Below are positions 62,836 through 64,000 of a stretch of DNA of 64,000 nt, piece after piece; position 1 is the stretch's first letter; each line of letters begins with the position of its first letter. The stretch covers positions 1,248,001 to 1,312,000 of the forward strand of contig JBMNEZ010000001.1 of the NCBI GenBank assembly GCA_050949045.1, read 5' to 3'. The notes under the pieces are model-generated. The model was not told the DNA's origin. It made no database searches and worked only from the letters and a program-made list of their open reading frames with translations. This DNA comes from Candidatus Izemoplasmatales bacterium. Lineage in GTDB: Bacteria; Bacillota_I; Bacilli_A; Izemoplasmatales; Hujiaoplasmataceae. A program made the translations under genes and the position numbers.

Positions 62836-62950
62836 AAGTATTAATTCATAACACCATCAATAAACAATCAGCATTTCCCCTGAAGCGCCCATTAGACTCG
62901 GTCGCTTTATGTAATATATAATATATAGATACGCAGAGGAGACAATTTTT

Positions 62951-63355
62951 GTGAAAACAATCGTTATTGGCGTCATTGGCGCAGACGTACATGCTGTTGG
63001 TAACAAGATAATTGAATTTACATTGGCTAATGCCGGATACAACGTCGTCAATATCGGCGTTCTTTCGTCACAAGAGGATTTCATCAATGCTGCAATCGAA
63101 ACCGATGCCAAACTGATTCTCGTTTCTTCACTTTACGGTCACGGCGAACTTGATTGCCGAGGAATGCGCGACAAGTGTATTGAAGCCGGGATTGGAGAAA
63201 TAATCTTATATGTTGGCGGCAACATCGTCGTCGGCAAGCAGGATTTTACGCAAGTGAAGGAAAGATTTCTGCAAATGGGTTTTAACCGCGTGTATCCTCC
63301 GGGAACGCCGATTGAGGACGCACTTGGGGACATCAAGACCGATTTGGGAGAATGA
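62951..63355 (+). CDS. mamA: Glutamate (methylaspartate) mutase S/sigma subunit, B12-binding
   Basis: [39 protein letters not shown]. Confidence 0.93.
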   Translation: MKTIVIGVIGADVHAVGNKIIEFTLANAGYNVVNIGVLSSQEDFINAAIETDAKLILVSSLYGHGELDCRGMRDKCIEAGIGEIILYVGGNIVVGKQDFTQVKERFLQMGFNRVYPPGTPIEDALGDIKTDLGE

Positions 63356-63356
63356 C

Positions 63357-64000
63357 ATGAGTTATTACTTGTTGATTGACTTTGGATCGACTTTTACCAA
63401 ATTGACGGCAGTCGATGCTGATTTTGGCGATGTGATCGCTACTGCTTCACATTTTACCACTGTCACAACAGACATCCGTGAAGGTTATCATAATGCGCTT
63501 GAGATAATATACAAAAAAATCGGAAAGAAAATCCAATTTGATCACAAGATTGCTTGTTCTTCAGCCGCAGGCGGCTTGAAAATGGCCGCAGTCGGCTTGG
63601 TGCAGGAACTCACCGTCGAAGCTGCGAAACGCGTTTGTCTGGGAGCGGGGGCAAGGGTTGATCTCGTTTGTGCTCACCATCTCACAAAAAAAGACATTCA
63701 AGACATCGTAGATTTGAAGATTGATATCATTCTCTTGGCCGGTGGCGCTGATGGTGGCAATACCGAAAGCGTGCTCTTCAACGCTCGGAAACTGGGCGAG
63801 GCAGGCATAAAAATACCGGTTGTCTATGCCGGAAACAAATCCTGTCAAGATGAAATTGAAGACATTTTCAAGGAACATGGAATCGATGGTTACATCAGCG
63901 AAAATGTTATGCCCAAGATAAATGTTCTCAATGTCAAGAGCGCCCGGGACAAAATTAGGGAAATATTCTTGAAACAAATCATTGAAGGCAAAGGCATCAA
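63357..64000 (+). CDS. glmL: Glutamate mutase accessory/reactivase GlmL (3' truncated by window)
   Basis: ATG at 63357 reads MSYYLLIDFGSTFTKL...ACSSAAGGLKM..VGLV.ELT.EAA...LGAGA...LAGGADGGN; open to the window end. Confidence 0.9.
   Translation, partial: MSYYLLIDFGSTFTKLTAVDADFGDVIATASHFTTVTTDIREGYHNALEIIYKKIGKKIQFDHKIACSSAAGGLKMAAVGLVQELTVEAAKRVCLGAGARVDLVCAHHLTKKDIQDIVDLKIDIILLAGGADGGNTESVLFNARKLGEAGIKIPVVYAGNKSCQDEIEDIFKEHGIDGYISENVMPKINVLNVKSARDKIREIFLKQIIEGKGI

Noticed and set aside
62836..62950. Cobalamin riboswitch before the glutamate mutase genes
   Set aside because: The gap is short and no B12-box motif is visible.

Overview
Chromosomal window from a Bacilli-derived bacterium using the standard code (TGA = stop). 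It is most likely a wall-less Mycoplasmatota of the Izemoplasmatales/Acholeplasmatales type; this is inferred from protein style and from cell-wall genes missing at their usual Bacillus positions. Most of the window is housekeeping: mfd 3' end, yaaA-recF-gyrB-gyrA-serS, rsmA, glyA, dusB, hflX, ispDF, pgi, tsaE-tsaB-rimI-tsaD, glnS, pcrA-ligA-uvrA, hprK-lgt-whiA-acpS, tex and two tRNA-Ser genes. Highlights: (1) a tandem array of two tiny, AT-rich, integrase-free one-gene elements starting at the CCA of tRNA-Ser(GGA), bounded by three att-like sites with attL/attP/attR geometry; (2) a lysine riboswitch wired as an ON switch ahead of a lysine-fermentation operon (maoC-kal-kce-kdd-kamA-kamB-kamD-kamE-pduO), followed by glutamate mutase genes; (3) an ATGA-to-ACGA change at the kamA/kamB junction that leaves kamB without a canonical start; (4) Lgt fused to its own lipoprotein-type signal and a beta-rich repeat domain; (5) a degenerate FAD-oxidoreductase/SCP2/membrane fusion and a degenerate PAS-GGDEF protein, apparently co-transcribed with ispDF; (6) a YfhO/GtrB/GtrA transmembrane glycosylation trio.
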